A stretch of 64,000 bases of DNA from Eledone cirrhosa (GCA_964016885.1 OZ024740.1:386384001-386448000), one strand, 5' to 3'; positions 50,098 through 62,134 are shown, numbered from the stretch's first letter. A program made the numbers and translations. The notes: generated by a model from the sequence alone, not told the origin.

Positions 50098-50260
50098 TAA
50101 TTGTTTCTACATTTGGCACAAGGCCAGCAATTATCCCAGTGCATTACTGCTGCTTTATTTTATCGACCCCGTAAGGATGAAAGACAAAGTTAACCTCGGT
50201 GGGATTTGAACTCAGATCGTAAAAGGCAGTAACTCTATGTTGTAAAGCATAGAGTTACTT
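50098..50260 (-). mobile_element. Deu/Nin-like SINE, 5'-truncated with a snap-back end
   Basis: Reverse complement of the family; TSD TTATTATATAAT (about 50090 and 50261). Confidence 0.85.
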
Positions 50261-51202
50261 TTATTATATAATATCAAGAGTTTATATTTAAACAATGGTA
50301 TTTCTTTGATATAATTTTGGGGTTATTTTTTTTTTTTAATGAATGCTTGAGACGAGTTTCCCAATTTAAATCAGATTGTAACCACTTTATGGATTTTTGC
50401 AGTGTTAATAGCTGGTTCATTAAATATATATCATCACACTGATAAGTGAAAGGTTGTGGGTTGTGGAAATGCATCAATTATTGTTATAGAGGGATCAAAT
50501 TGTTGACCATTTTCATTTACCCATTTAGTAGCAGTCAATGGAGTTGTACATAATTTAGTTTTATTGTTATTGATGATACTAGATGAAGTTGATATTATCT
50601 GCAATACCTGACATTTCCATAATTTCATTTAGAGATTTAAAGATTTAAACAAATTTGTTGTGTAGAATTTTAAAAAAAATGGGTGAGACTGGAGATCCCT
50701 GTGAGAGACTCTGAAGAAGGTATATAATTTGGCTTTTGTCATTACCAACAATCAGTATTATTATATTATGATTGGTGAGAAAGCTGTCAAGAGTAGAAAT
50801 CTTTTGGGTTTGTTATATTTGCTTTTTTAACTTTTTCTGTAATTCTTTATGCATTTCATGATTAGAATCTATTGGATGGTATTTCCATTTATTAATTATT
50901 TAGTCATCTCTTTTCTTAGTTGTTTTAATTCTTCGTTCCATCATACTTATTGTTATCTTATAGTTGTTATTGTTTTAGTTCTTCATTCGACCATATTTTA
51001 TCATAGTTGTTATCTTTATAATTATTATTTATATTTGGATTGATATAAGTAATTGGTACTTTCGCACTAACTGTATATTGTATTTTATTGAGAAATATTT
51101 GTAGACTTATTTTTAGCTGTTCAACTGATTGGATATTGTTAAATTTGTAGTGGAGTAATAGGTGTGCTTCGAGATAGTTAGTAAACTTTGTCCAGTCAGT
51201 CT

Positions 51203-51425
51203 TTAAGGCCCCCATTGGTCACTAATGATCATGGTTTTGCACCTAGAATGTTTCCCTCTGAGGTACAAGCCTGGCAAGGTTTATTTGTGGAAAACCAGCA
51301 GTTGCCCATGTATACCAGTCACCCCTCTCCACGCCACCGATGTTGTCCAAGGGAAAAGCAATGGTTGATACAGCTTGGTACCAATGACGTCATAACTCAT
51401 TTCTACAGCTGAGTGAACTGGAGCA
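51203..51425 (-). mobile_element. Headless CORE-type SINE
   Basis: Ends CTCATTTCTACAGCTGAGTGAACTGGAGCA (shared with about 59513-59541); body matches 2900-3040. Confidence 0.7.
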
Positions 51426-51935
51426 GAAGTTGATATTTTCTTTGCTCTTTGTTTTTAATCTTTGTTAGATTTGTTTGGCTATTATTAATATTCTTATTTG
51501 TATTCTTAAAGCAATTGTGGTCTTAAAAGTACTGGTGGAATGATCTGAGCCTAGATCCATCATATGGTTTAATTCTTAGGTTTTTCTGTTATTAAAGGAG
51601 AAGCTGATAGAGAAGTCCACAAATAATCTATTGTTGAGGTTCTATTTTTTAAATGTGTGTGGGTAGGGGAGTCTGGTAAAAGAAAGTTACATTTATTCAT
51701 AGCCTCTAAGAGATATTTTACATCTTTTATACTGATTTTTTCCTTTTGATGTTGGCATTCCAAAATGCATGGTGTGCATTAAAATCTCCACCAAATTAAA
51801 ATTTTGCTTTGGGTATTTGATTTTTCTGGGAAATTTTCAATTTGTTTATTGCTTCTATGCTTTTTTTAGTGGTGGTAGTGGGGAATAAATGTTTATAAAT
51901 AGATTCCTGATGTGCATATATAAATATATATATAT

Positions 51936-52051
51936 ATATAGAAGAGCTTCTACAGGACTAGAACTGTTTCATTCGTGAGAAATCATCAGGAAGCTTCCTG
52001 ATGATTTCTCACAAATGAAACAGTTCTAGTCCTGTAGAAGCTCTTCTATAT
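51936..52051. repeat. 116-bp spacerless palindrome (58-bp arms, 1 mismatch) centred on AAG|CTT
   Basis: GAAGAGCTTCTACAGGACTAGAACTGTTTCATTCGTGAGAAATCATCAGGAAG|CTTCCTGATGATTTCTCACAAATGAAACAGTTCTAGTCCTGTAGAAGCTCTTC. Confidence 0.97.
51992..52042 (+). ncRNA. Putative type I hammerhead ribozyme (mirror copy on the - strand, 51945-51995)
   Basis: Stem I AGCTTC/GAAGCT; core CTGATGA; short stem II; GAA; stem III ACAG/CTGT; cleavage triplet GTA (52034-52036). Positions 10.1/11.1 are U-U rather than a canonical pair. Confidence 0.6.
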
Positions 52052-52124
52052 TAAAACTTTTATACTCTGCTATGTATTGAGTACCTTACTTACTGTGGTT
52101 ACCTCCGATTCAACCTGGAATAAC

Positions 52125-52159
<35 letters not shown>

Positions 52160-52166
<7 letters not shown>

Positions 52167-52407
52167 ATGTGAGTAACTTGTAGTTACTAGCGGTGACGCT
52201 GGTCGAAGAACTCGATGCTGATACTGGGTCCGTCTCTCGTTGGGTTGTGCTCCAGGTTTAAGGCAGCTATAGTTTGCAGAGTGTATATATAGAGTGACAA
52301 TAGAAAATCAAATTTGGAGATTGTTATGAAACTTTATTGCATATTACAATTGTTTTGATATCGATCAGCTCGGGTTTGATCAGGCAATCGGATCCTGACT
52401 CTTAATG

Positions 52408-52411
<4 letters not shown>
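52160..52411. mobile_element. Possible solo LTR between microsatellites
   Basis: TGTT...AACA termini and CpG-richer than the flanks; any TSD is obscured by (GT)n/(AT)n. Confidence 0.3.
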
Positions 52412-52452
<41 letters not shown>

Positions 52453-54124
52453 GTATGTAAAAGATATATATATATATATAATATCTTAATTTAGGAATTA
52501 AGTCTGATTTAATCACTGTGAGATATCTTGATGCTCCATGACAGTATGCATTGGATATAAAATAAGAAAATTTTGTGTTTTCTCTTTTGTATAATTTCAA
52601 ATAATTAATAAGGGGTTCTTGAAAAGCAAACAACTTTAATTTGGCTCGTTATTGTTGTTAACTGTTTTGGTATATGCTTTCAAGCCAATTTTTGAAGCCC
52701 TCTGTTTTGAGCCATTTTATTTATTATTGTTTACATTGCTCTTATCAAATTGGCTTTCTTGTGCTGTCATAATTGTTGTATTGTTGCTTTCAGTTAAATA
52801 ATGTTTTCTTAGGTGTAGGCTCTGTTGCATTTGTGGCACTTTGTCTTAATAAGACCATTTTTTACAGAGCAATTTCTGTAATAGCATTCGGTGGTTGGAC
52901 AATAGTTGCTTTTGTTATAAACAAATTCTTCTATCCTACTACCTTTATAATCTTCATTGAGATCAACGTATTCTTGACTCATTAGTAAGTCTTGGAATTC
53001 TTTATTTATCAGCTCAATTTTCATGCTGCCATGAGTTAATTGATTGTTCATTTTAATTTTGTTAACATGGAATTTTACAGATCAGCATTTGTAGTCTTTA
53101 ATCATTGTGGCTGAGGAATGTTCATCTATATCCTTAAGGACTCTATGTATCAATACTGGGTACATATGTTGGATTATAACTAGCCCACACCCTTTTATAC
53201 TCTGATATAGCACCTTTGAAATCTTTCTCTTGCTGTTTGGAATCTATTAGTGTCAGTTTTTTCTAGTTTGTGATGTATTTTTATCAATTTTATGTCATTG
53301 ATTAGTATTCCTGTTATCTGTTTCTCTGGGGGAACTCCTCTTTATAGTGGAGCACTATCTGTCTTTATCATAACAAGCTAAAATGTAGTTGTTGTACTAG
53401 GAGAGGGTTGGACTTAAAGGAAATGTTGCTACCTATTTGTTTGTTTTTGCCTGATAGGGATGTTTAATTTAGGTTTATTTTTCTTCACTATAGGGGTTAA
53501 AATGTTTTCATTTTTTTTTTGCTGTTAATGTCTAAGGCTTGTTTCATTTCTACCAATTTGTGTTGTTTTTTTTTTATTATTTGACTGGTTGGTGTATTTA
53601 ATTAGCTTCTATAATGATACTATGTCTTTTTCTATTTCATTGAATTTGGTCATTAAATTGATTTGGTGTGTTGGTGCTGTTGGTGTTGTTGGTTGATGGC
53701 TATTCAGTGCTTCTGCTAACTATATTAATCCCTCAGGTAGGTTAGTGAAGTTTTCTTAGTCTATAGTGTGATTTAGTTTATTTCTAATTTATATCAGTCC
53801 ACACACACATCATATTAATAAAACACCATGATCATGTAACAACCACTATGTGTAACGAAGAAGTAATAAAAGAAAAGAGTGAAAAGAAACCATAAATAAA
53901 AGAGCTCTTGGCATAGTTTTCTCATGTCCCCATCACAGGTGTATCAATACAGCGATGTCCTGTGATAAGTAGTAAACATTGAATGTTTGTTTTTGTCATC
54001 AACATATATTTGTATATACATACATACCCATCTATCTGTCAGGCTGTCTGTTCGTCTATATAGCCATCTATGTACCTGCCTACGTAATACCTACCTATCT
54101 GTTTACCTATCTGTCTATCTGACT

Positions 54125-57100
54125 TAAGCAGGGGTCACCTGAGAGCTTCCTGTCCTCGGCTAACTAGCCAAAAAAAAAAGGCACTACTGCCAACACCTGC
54201 AACACCAGCACAACAATCACCACCACCACCACAACAACAACAACATAAAAAAATAGTGACAACAAAACAAACGACAAACACAGTCCCACCCAACCCCTCC
54301 CCATCTAAAACAACTCCAGAAACACCCACACACATAATAGCTTCCAAAAATGTACCCCTCCCCAACAACACGGATGGGGCCTCATCATCGTCACCCAGTG
54401 ACGATGAGAGAGAGCCTTTCCGACCAGTAAAAAGAAAAAAGAAAAGACTTAACACAAACAAAAATGCAACAAACACACAAACACCAACACAAGCGATGCA
54501 AACAGCACAAACAAAAACACCCCCTCCTGAAAACAAAACACCTACTACAAAACGTAAACACACACAAGAACCACAGACAAAAAGCAACACAACACAACAA
54601 AAATGTTACACCTACATAAATACTAACAATAAAACTTTAACAGACACCATATATAAAACCATTCGGTGGAGACCGAAGGGAAAACTTGTACACACTCGTC
54701 GGAGAATCCTAATCTTAAAATGATTAGGACCTCCATGGACACACATAAACAGTTAAAAGAAAAATTTTCTAACGACGTAGGTAACCGCTGCGTCAAACCC
54801 TACAATCGAGTCCTGTTAAAATGTTTCCCCACCCCCACCCCGCCAGAGACCACCACCCCACCATGGAAATTGTGCAGCCTGGTCCCCAGGAGACGAAGAG
54901 GTGAGTGATTTCCTTTCCTCTTCTTTTAACTTTTCAGTACCAACATGGCCAATATAAGAGTTGGATGTATGAATGTACGCGGCCTGGGGATGCCCTGGAA
55001 ACAGGGCAAACTCTTAAACGACCTCAGGTCGCACAGTATGGATGTAGTAGCCATTTGCGAGTCCAGGATCCACAGCGAGCGACAACTGGCCCCCATCTTC
55101 GACGACTTTGAGATCTACTCATCTCTCTGTCAGCCGGGAGGTGGGGGTGGGGTTTCCGTTTTACTGCGGAAACACCTGGACCTCATAACACAGACGGTAC
55201 ATTTGGACGCGGAGGGTCGACTGGTGGTCATAGACATTGACGGTAGTGAAGGTGGAGCCTTCAGGCTGGTGGCCGCATATGCCCCATCCGGGACACCACG
55301 GCTAGACTTCTTCAAACGTCTAGAGACTTTTCTGGGAACGTGTCGCTCCCTGCTGTTAGTGGGGAACTGGAATGGAATCCTAGATGCACGTTGGGACTAT
55401 GTGGGAGTATGTCCCGATAGAGGGGTGGGTGGGGGTGTAACATCCTCAAACAGTTAATCGGCCGATTTGACCTGGCCGATAGATATCGACTAGATTTTCC
55501 GACTGTGCCACTGTGGACGTGGACTAATCTTAGCGGAACATCTAGATCGTACCTAGATAGGGTTCTAATTAGAAATAAGGATAGGGACATGTTAAGCTGT
55601 CCACAAATGTTCATGGTTGCCTATTCAGATCACAAACTAGTGACCTGCATGGCCAACCTTGATAGAACCCATAGACAAGGACCCGGCTACTGGAAGCTGA
55701 ACTTGTCGTTACCGACAAGCAAAGCCTACAGTAGACGGATTAGCACTTTAGTTAAACAGCACTTGACAGGGGCCATTGTCAACAACAGATGGTGGTACTC
55801 TCTCAAGAGGGCAGTTAGATTAGACTCGTTAGTTTTTAGTAAAGAATTAGCGTTAGATAGAAATAGAACCGAGAAGGAACTGGTAGATAAAGTAGAAGAG
55901 GCAATTAGAAGTGGCAACGTAGCCAGCGTACTATCAACGAGAACGGCCTTGGCCCAGTTCTTTGACGCAAAGCATGAGGGCTGCATTGTCAGAAGCAAAA
56001 TACGTGTTCTGGGAAACGAGGGAGCCAAAGCTGTTAGCTGGGCCCGAGTGACGGAGGCAAAAAGTGGCAACAAGTCCACGATTCGGTCTTTGAAGGACCA
56101 AAACAGACGCGTGATACGTGAGCCGAAGCAGATGTGTGCGGCCTTTCAGCGGCACTTTGCTCAACTGTTCGGGCAGGGCGGCACGCCGGGAGGGGCTATG
56201 TCTTTTGGTCCATACCTCGACGGCCTACCGTGACTCTCGGACAGCGAAGCGAAGTTCTGCAAAAAGCCGATTTCGACCGCTGAGATAGGGGACGAGCTGA
56301 GCCAATGCAGCAAACGCAAACCTCCAAGTCTCAAAGGTCTACCCTACAAATTTTACGTAGCAATGCCGAACTTGTTCTCCGGTCTCCTGGAAGCGGTCTA
56401 TTGCAACTGGCAGCAGAACGGGAGAATTCCCAGTTCTGTGACCAAGGGCGTAGTCACGTTAGTCAGGAAGGACGAGAATAAGGGGGATGACATAGGCAAC
56501 TTCCGGCCCATAACTCTGCTAAACATAGTTACAGATTTTGGCGAATGTGTTAGCAAAGACGCTGGCGCTCGTTGTCGAAAACCTGGTGGGAGAAGCGCAG
56601 ATATGCGCAATCCCGAACAGGTCCATACACGACAACCTCCACCTCATGTGATACATCATAGAGAGGGTAGGGTGTAAACCCGGCTTCGATGGGGCCCTGA
56701 TCAACTTGGATCAGTCTAAGGCTTTCGATAGGGTTGACCATCGTTACCTGGATGCGGTGCTCGAGGCGGCAGGCTTCGGACCTGTGTTCAGGGGCTGGAT
56801 TGCTGCAATGCACAGCAGCAACATCTGCTCAAGGGTGAAGGTGAACGGCTACCTCTCGGAGCCATTCCATATCACGCGATCCATCCGACAGGGATGCCCT
56901 CTCTCCTTCCTTCTGTACGTACTGACTCTCGAGCCACTACTGCGGAAGTTGGTGCTATTGCAGGGCATCCCTTTGGAACCAGGACTGCGAAAAGCGGCGT
57001 CGGCCTACGCCGACGACGTGACAGTAATGGTGTCGAGCACCTCGCAAATCAGGGAGGTCGGCACCGTACTGGAGGAATACGAAAGATTCACAGGAGCGAA

Positions 57101-58612
57101 GCTGAACCAGGACATATACGTCGGTTTGCAACTCGGAACGTGGAGAGGCAAACCGACGCCTTCCGATGGCATCGTTGGACGCTGGAAGGAAGGACCGGTA
57201 AAGCTGCTCGGGGTCTGGTTTGGTCCAGACCTCCAGGTGGAGAAGAACTGGAACGAGGTGACAGCCAAGATGTTTCCGCTCACCCAGAAGTAGGCCGAGT
57301 GCAAACTATCCTTGAAAGGTCGAACGGAAGTGGCGAACACTTTTATAGCATCCGTCATCTACTACCGCTTGACCGTCGTGCCTTGTCCAGCCAAAACGCT
57401 CACCAAAATGGAGCGCGCGCTCTTCCAATTCCTTTGGAAGAAGCGGGCTCCTTTGGTGAGAAGATCCATCTGTTGCCAACACCATTCAAACAGAGGGCTG
57501 GGGATGCCATGGCTGACGATGCGCAAACACACGCTCAGGCTGTGGCACCTCCACGTATTCCTCACCGGACAACCGGTGTGGGCCCCGTTCATGAGGCGAG
57601 CCTTCCCACGACTCGTCTCGCTGACCGAACTGCAGTCCTGGGTCAAGCAAAGACCGAGGAAAATGGGCGACTAGCACATGGAATGTGCTCAGGTACTCAC
57701 AGTCCTCTGGTAAATGGACCCGGTGATCAGTGGAGATTCCACTTTGACATTCTATAGAGGGTTGGTCCGCAGCAAGTGCGACGACGCGCTCGGAGAAACT
57801 CTAGGCGTAGAGGAGGACAAACTGGCCTGTCTGTTCGGTGGGACCTTCTGCCCAGGACCAATGGACAACTTCCCAAAGTCCCTTTTCTGGCAGTGCTACC
57901 GAGGAGCTCTACCAGTTCAAGACAAGCTCTACAGACACGGGTGCCCGGGAAGGGACCCTTCGAAAAAGATCTGTCCGAGATGCGTACGTGACGAGGAAAC
58001 TGCCGCGCACGCATTTGTACACTGCCCGGGCGTTTCCGACCTGTGGGGCTATGTAGAACGACTATTGTCGCGGGTGGGACCAATCCAGTTGACCACCGAG
58101 TCCATTGTCATGATCAAACCGCCACCCTCTTTCAAAAACGAAGGAGAGGCGGTTTTCCTATGTGTTATGGCTATGGTGAAAGAGGTTATATGGTGGACGA
58201 GGTTAAAAGGGCTGAGGTCAGACATCTTTCTCTCCGGCGAGCAACTGATTCGTTTTTTCAAATATCATTTTGGAAGAAGAATCAGGATGGAGAGAGAGGT
58301 GCTGTACCCCAGCAAAGTTTATAAAAGGTGGGTGAATGTGGCAAAGATGGCCCGAGTGGTTGGGCCTTCTCTCTATATAAGCCTGTAGGTTGAGGAAAAA
58401 GAGGAAGGGAGTACTCACTCTTGGTGCTCCTGGAGATGAGGGTTGTACATTTTTTCGGGGTGTGTACAACCCCTGTGTAACGCCTCCCCCTATTGGGGAT
58501 TTCAATTGTTATTTGTTATTTTATTAATAGTTTTATTTTCATATACCTGTATGTAAACTCCCCATTTGTATTTGTCCCCTTCTTTTGTGCCCTTGTGGCT
58601 AAAAAAGAAATT
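54125..58612 (+). mobile_element. 5'-truncated L1/Tx1-clade LINE with 17-bp TSD
   Basis: TSD TATCTGTCTATCTGACT at 54108-54124 and 58613-58629. Starts mid zinc knuckle (GHLRASCP, in frame with ORF 54256-54723); A-rich 3' end. Confidence 0.92.
54945..58388 (+). pseudogene. Tx1/L1 ORF2 (AP endonuclease - RT - zinc finger), disrupted by a few stops and frameshifts
   Basis: CMNVRGL, AYAP, SYLDRV, YSDH, GYWKLN, FRPITLLN, DQSKAFDRVDH, IRQGCPLS, AYADD, CPRC...ETAAHAFVHC. Confidence 0.93.
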
Positions 58613-59310
58613 TATCTGTCTATCTGACTGTCTATCTATAGCCATCTATATATATATATTCATCAATGTATCTATCTTTGGACAGGAATAACAATAACAA
58701 CAACAAAGCATGAATCTCAATAGGAGTTGAAAGATAGATGGATAGATTGGTAAAACAATGACATCATAATTTAATGGATATAGGTTTGATAATGATTACA
58801 GAAAATATGAAAGAAAATTATTGTAATTGATTTAAATGAATGTAAAATGAAACACAGTGATGACCAGAGTGACAAGAGGAAAATCAAGGATTCAAGCATC
58901 TTTACTTAGAATGTTGTAATCAAGGAATTATTAAATAAAATATTTTTTTACTATAAACCCTATCATCTCTTACTGGCACTATGTTAGTATATATAAATAT
59001 TTTATATACTTATATTTTATAAATATATATATTTTATAAATTTTACATCTTACGTTTACCCCCCCCCCCCCCTATTACAAAATGGCCATCAATTCAAATT
59101 TTGAAAAGAGAGGAAAAGGGACAAGTGAACTATGAACTTGATACATCTCACCTCCCCCCCCCTCCGCCACCACAATAACGTCTACACTCACTTCCTACCA
59201 CCATCACCACATTTACATAAGTCATTACCCTATCTACACTAAGGTGTCTGACCTGTTGCCAAACTCCTTTCTCTGTGCTGAATGTGTGTGTGTATATATA
59301 TATATATATA

Positions 59311-59626
59311 TCATCATCATCATCAACATCATTTTACGTCCGCTTTTCCCTGCTTGCAAGGGTGGGACGGGAACTGATTCTGGCTTGATTTCTACAGCTG
59401 GATGCCCTTCCTAACACCAACCTCATTTACAGTGAGTGCTGGGTGCTTTTTTGCCGTGGCGCCTACACGACCACTTTGCAGTGGAATGATAGGGACTCCA
59501 GTCCCTATCATCTCATTTCTACAGCTGAGTAAACTGGAGCAATGTGAAATAAAGTGTCTTGCTCAAGGAAACAACACATCACCTGGTCTGAGAATTGAAC
59601 TCAAAACCACTAAGCCATGTGCCTCC
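59311..59626 (-). mobile_element. tRNA/CORE-type SINE with RTE-derived tail
   Basis: Head GGAGGCACATGGCTTAGTGGTTTTGAGTTCAATTC (internally deleted), CORE-like TCCTTGAGCAAGACACTT, tail shared with the RTE 3' UTR, (GAT)n end. Confidence 0.88.
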
Positions 59627-59971
59627 ATATATATATATAACATTGAAAGAAGGAAATAAGGAAGGATGGAAATTGACAATCTTTCAACTTATCTTATTCT
59701 ACCTCTGTCGAATCAGCCTAATGTAAAATTTTTAAGATTTTGCATATTTGTTTTGCGTTGCTAGGAACACAATTTCCTAGCCTCTGTTATATAACAATAT
59801 GACAGATATAAGTTCTTTACAACTGTTTCAACACAAATTTCATTAAATACATATCTAGAGTTAGAGAAAATGTAATCAATAAAAGCAACGATAATTATAA
59901 TAATGATTTCTGCTATTTTTCAAGTACCAGGAAAAATACTTATATTTTACACCTAGTATGTTTTAAAATAG

Positions 59972-60056
59972 GTATCTCATTGAAAGATTAAAGAATCAGT
60001 GTCAGGGAAAGATCCATGAATTGCGAGTACAGGGAGCAGAACGTTGCTTTATATAA
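59972..60056 (+). CDS. Candidate terminal coding exon of an unidentified host gene (xYLIERLKNQCQGKIHELRVQGAERCFI*)
   Basis: TTTTAAAATAG acceptor-like site, 27 open codons to TAA, GC above the flanks, non-repetitive context, AATAAA at about 60335. Protein not recognised. Confidence 0.3.
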
Positions 60057-60369
60057 GCACAAAATACTTTTCTCTAATGATATATGATGCTCAGGACACC
60101 CATTGAGAAATATTTACTGAGAAACATTTTTACCATACATATTGTATACATTATGATACTTTAAATAGTATGTGTGTGTTATTTCCGTTTAACACACAGA
60201 TGCAGAGGTTATATTTAATTTGTTGGGATTCAACAAGCTTAAACATTTTTTTTTTCTTTTTTCAATATTTATTTATAAAACAAATCTGATGAAAGCGCAC
60301 CATAATTTGCATTGGTTGCCCCTGAAATATATATAATAAAATAATAAGCAGCAAACAGCCACAGGAAAC

Positions 60370-61310
60370 AAGTACCACCAATCTCTGGGAGGGCTTTGTA
60401 GAAACAGTAGACAGCTTCTGCTACTTTGGTGACCGAATTAGCAGCGGAGGTGGGTGTTCAGAAATTACAATAACTAGGGTAAGAACGGGATGGAAGAGTT
60501 TAGGGAACTACTACCACTGCTAGCTGCAAAAGGCTTCTCCCTCAAAATGAAAGGCAGACTGTATGATGCTTGTATCCGAACAGCGATGTTGCATGGTAGT
60601 GAGACGTGGGTGCTGAGACGTGGGTGCTGAGACTTACGTAGATTAGAGAGAAACGAAGCCTGCATGCTCCGATGGATGTGTAATAGTAATATACGCGAAC
60701 GACAAAGCATAAATGAATTGAGAGAGAGACTGAGCATAAGAGGAATCAAATGATGTGTGCAGGAGAGGCGGTTGCGTTGGTATGGACATGTGATGCGTAT
60801 GAAGGATGACAGCTGCATAAAAAGGTGCAGAGCACTAGAAGTCGATGGAAACCGCGGAGTGGGGAGACCCAAGATGACCTGGGATGAGGTGATAAAAGCC
60901 GACCTTACCCAATTATATCTCTCAAAAGCGATGACACACGACCGTGACCTCTGGCGTCACGCAGTAATACAGAGTACCCGACCTCCCATGGGTACAAGCT
61001 GAAACATATAGACAATATGCCCCCACACCCCCCACCGCAAGGTGGTCGTGGAGGTGCCACGGCAAAAAAAGCACCCAGCCCACACTGTAAAGTGGACATG
61101 TAGGCGCCAGAAAAAAGCACCCAGCACTCACTGTAAATGAGGTTGGTGTTAGGAAGGGCATCCAGCTGTAGAAATCAAGCCAAATCAGTTCCTGTATGAG
61201 CAAGGCATGGTCAGCCGACCAGAGACTGCCCACAACAGGACAACCCGTCTAACCCATGCTAGCGTGGAAGAGCGGACGTAAAACGGTGATGATGATGATG
61301 ATGATGATGA
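60370..61310 (+). mobile_element. RTE LINE 3' end (PHD family), frameshifted
   Basis: MLHGSETW, RRLRWYGHVMRMKDDSCIK, GRPKMTW; 14-bp tandem duplication GAGACGTGGGTGCT at 60601; 3' UTR repeats and (GAT)n tail. Confidence 0.9.
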
Positions 61311-61444
61311 ATTATGGTTTTATAAATATAGTTTCCATTTATTAATATATTGTATATATATATATATATCACTGACCTGTTGCTAAACTCCTTTCTCTGT
61401 GTTGAATGTGTGTGTGTATATATCTATATCTCAGTCGATGCAAC

Positions 61445-61885
61445 CAGATTTCAACAGAGCAACAACAACTACAACAACAACACAACTACAACAACAACAA
61501 CTGCAACATCAACAGCAACAACATCATTGTCTGTGTTGAATGTGTGTGTATGTATATATATATATATATGTGTGTATATGTATATGTATATATCACACAC
61601 GCAAAGCGACCAAATTTCAAAATTTCAACCCAGCAACTACAACAACAGCAGCAACAACAACAGCAACAACACCATTGTCTGCAGCAGTAGCAGCATCAGA
61701 GTGAAATGAACAACAACAATGGCAGCAGCAACAACAACAACAACAACGACAACGCCAACAACAACTGCCATCACCATCACTGACACCATCCACCACCACC
61801 ACCACCACCACCACCATCACCGTTCACCACCACCACCACCACCACCACCATCACCGTTCACCACCACCACCACCACCATCACCAG
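61445..61885. repeat. (CAA)n/(CAG)n/(CAC)n low-complexity tract
   Basis: Direct reading. Confidence 0.9.
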
Positions 61886-62131
61886 CGATCAGGCCTTAGG
61901 AAGAAAACAACAATAATAATAGTAATAACTATTCTGTTCTTGGCACGGCGCAGCGATTGTCCCAGCGCATTGCTGGTGCCTTGTTTTGGGCCCGGAGCGT
62001 GGAGGGCCGTTGCTCTATGCTATAGGGCAAACAATTATTATAATAATACTGAACTGTAACACTCAGCTTCAATTATATGAGCTCCTTCTAAAGTCAACAG
62101 TGGACATGATCTTGTATCAGTACTGACGGTA

Positions 62132-62134
<3 letters not shown>

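Larger units (their letters stand above)
48325..53760 (-). mobile_element. Decayed I-group-like LINE (EN-RT-RNase H-CCHC) carrying nested insertions
   Basis: Minus strand: GGDFNAHH (about 51790), PTH...TSTIDY, DLGSDH (about 51550), KTDWTKF (about 51200), QGSPVSP (about 50700), YWIPGH...IKGYRKADNLAKEG (48770-48839; RNase H), CSCGDYSETLWHYLF*C (about 48440-48495). Cys-rich ORF1-like text at 52809-53051. 5' limit uncertain. Confidence 0.75.

Noticed and set aside
53932-53966. Hairpin ATCACAGG...CCTGTGAT as a structured RNA
   Set aside because: Only an 8-bp stem, single occurrence, no recognisable motif.
55130-58505. Antisense and alternate-frame ORFs in the Tx1 element
   Set aside because: Shadows of GC-rich ORF2 with no motifs of their own.
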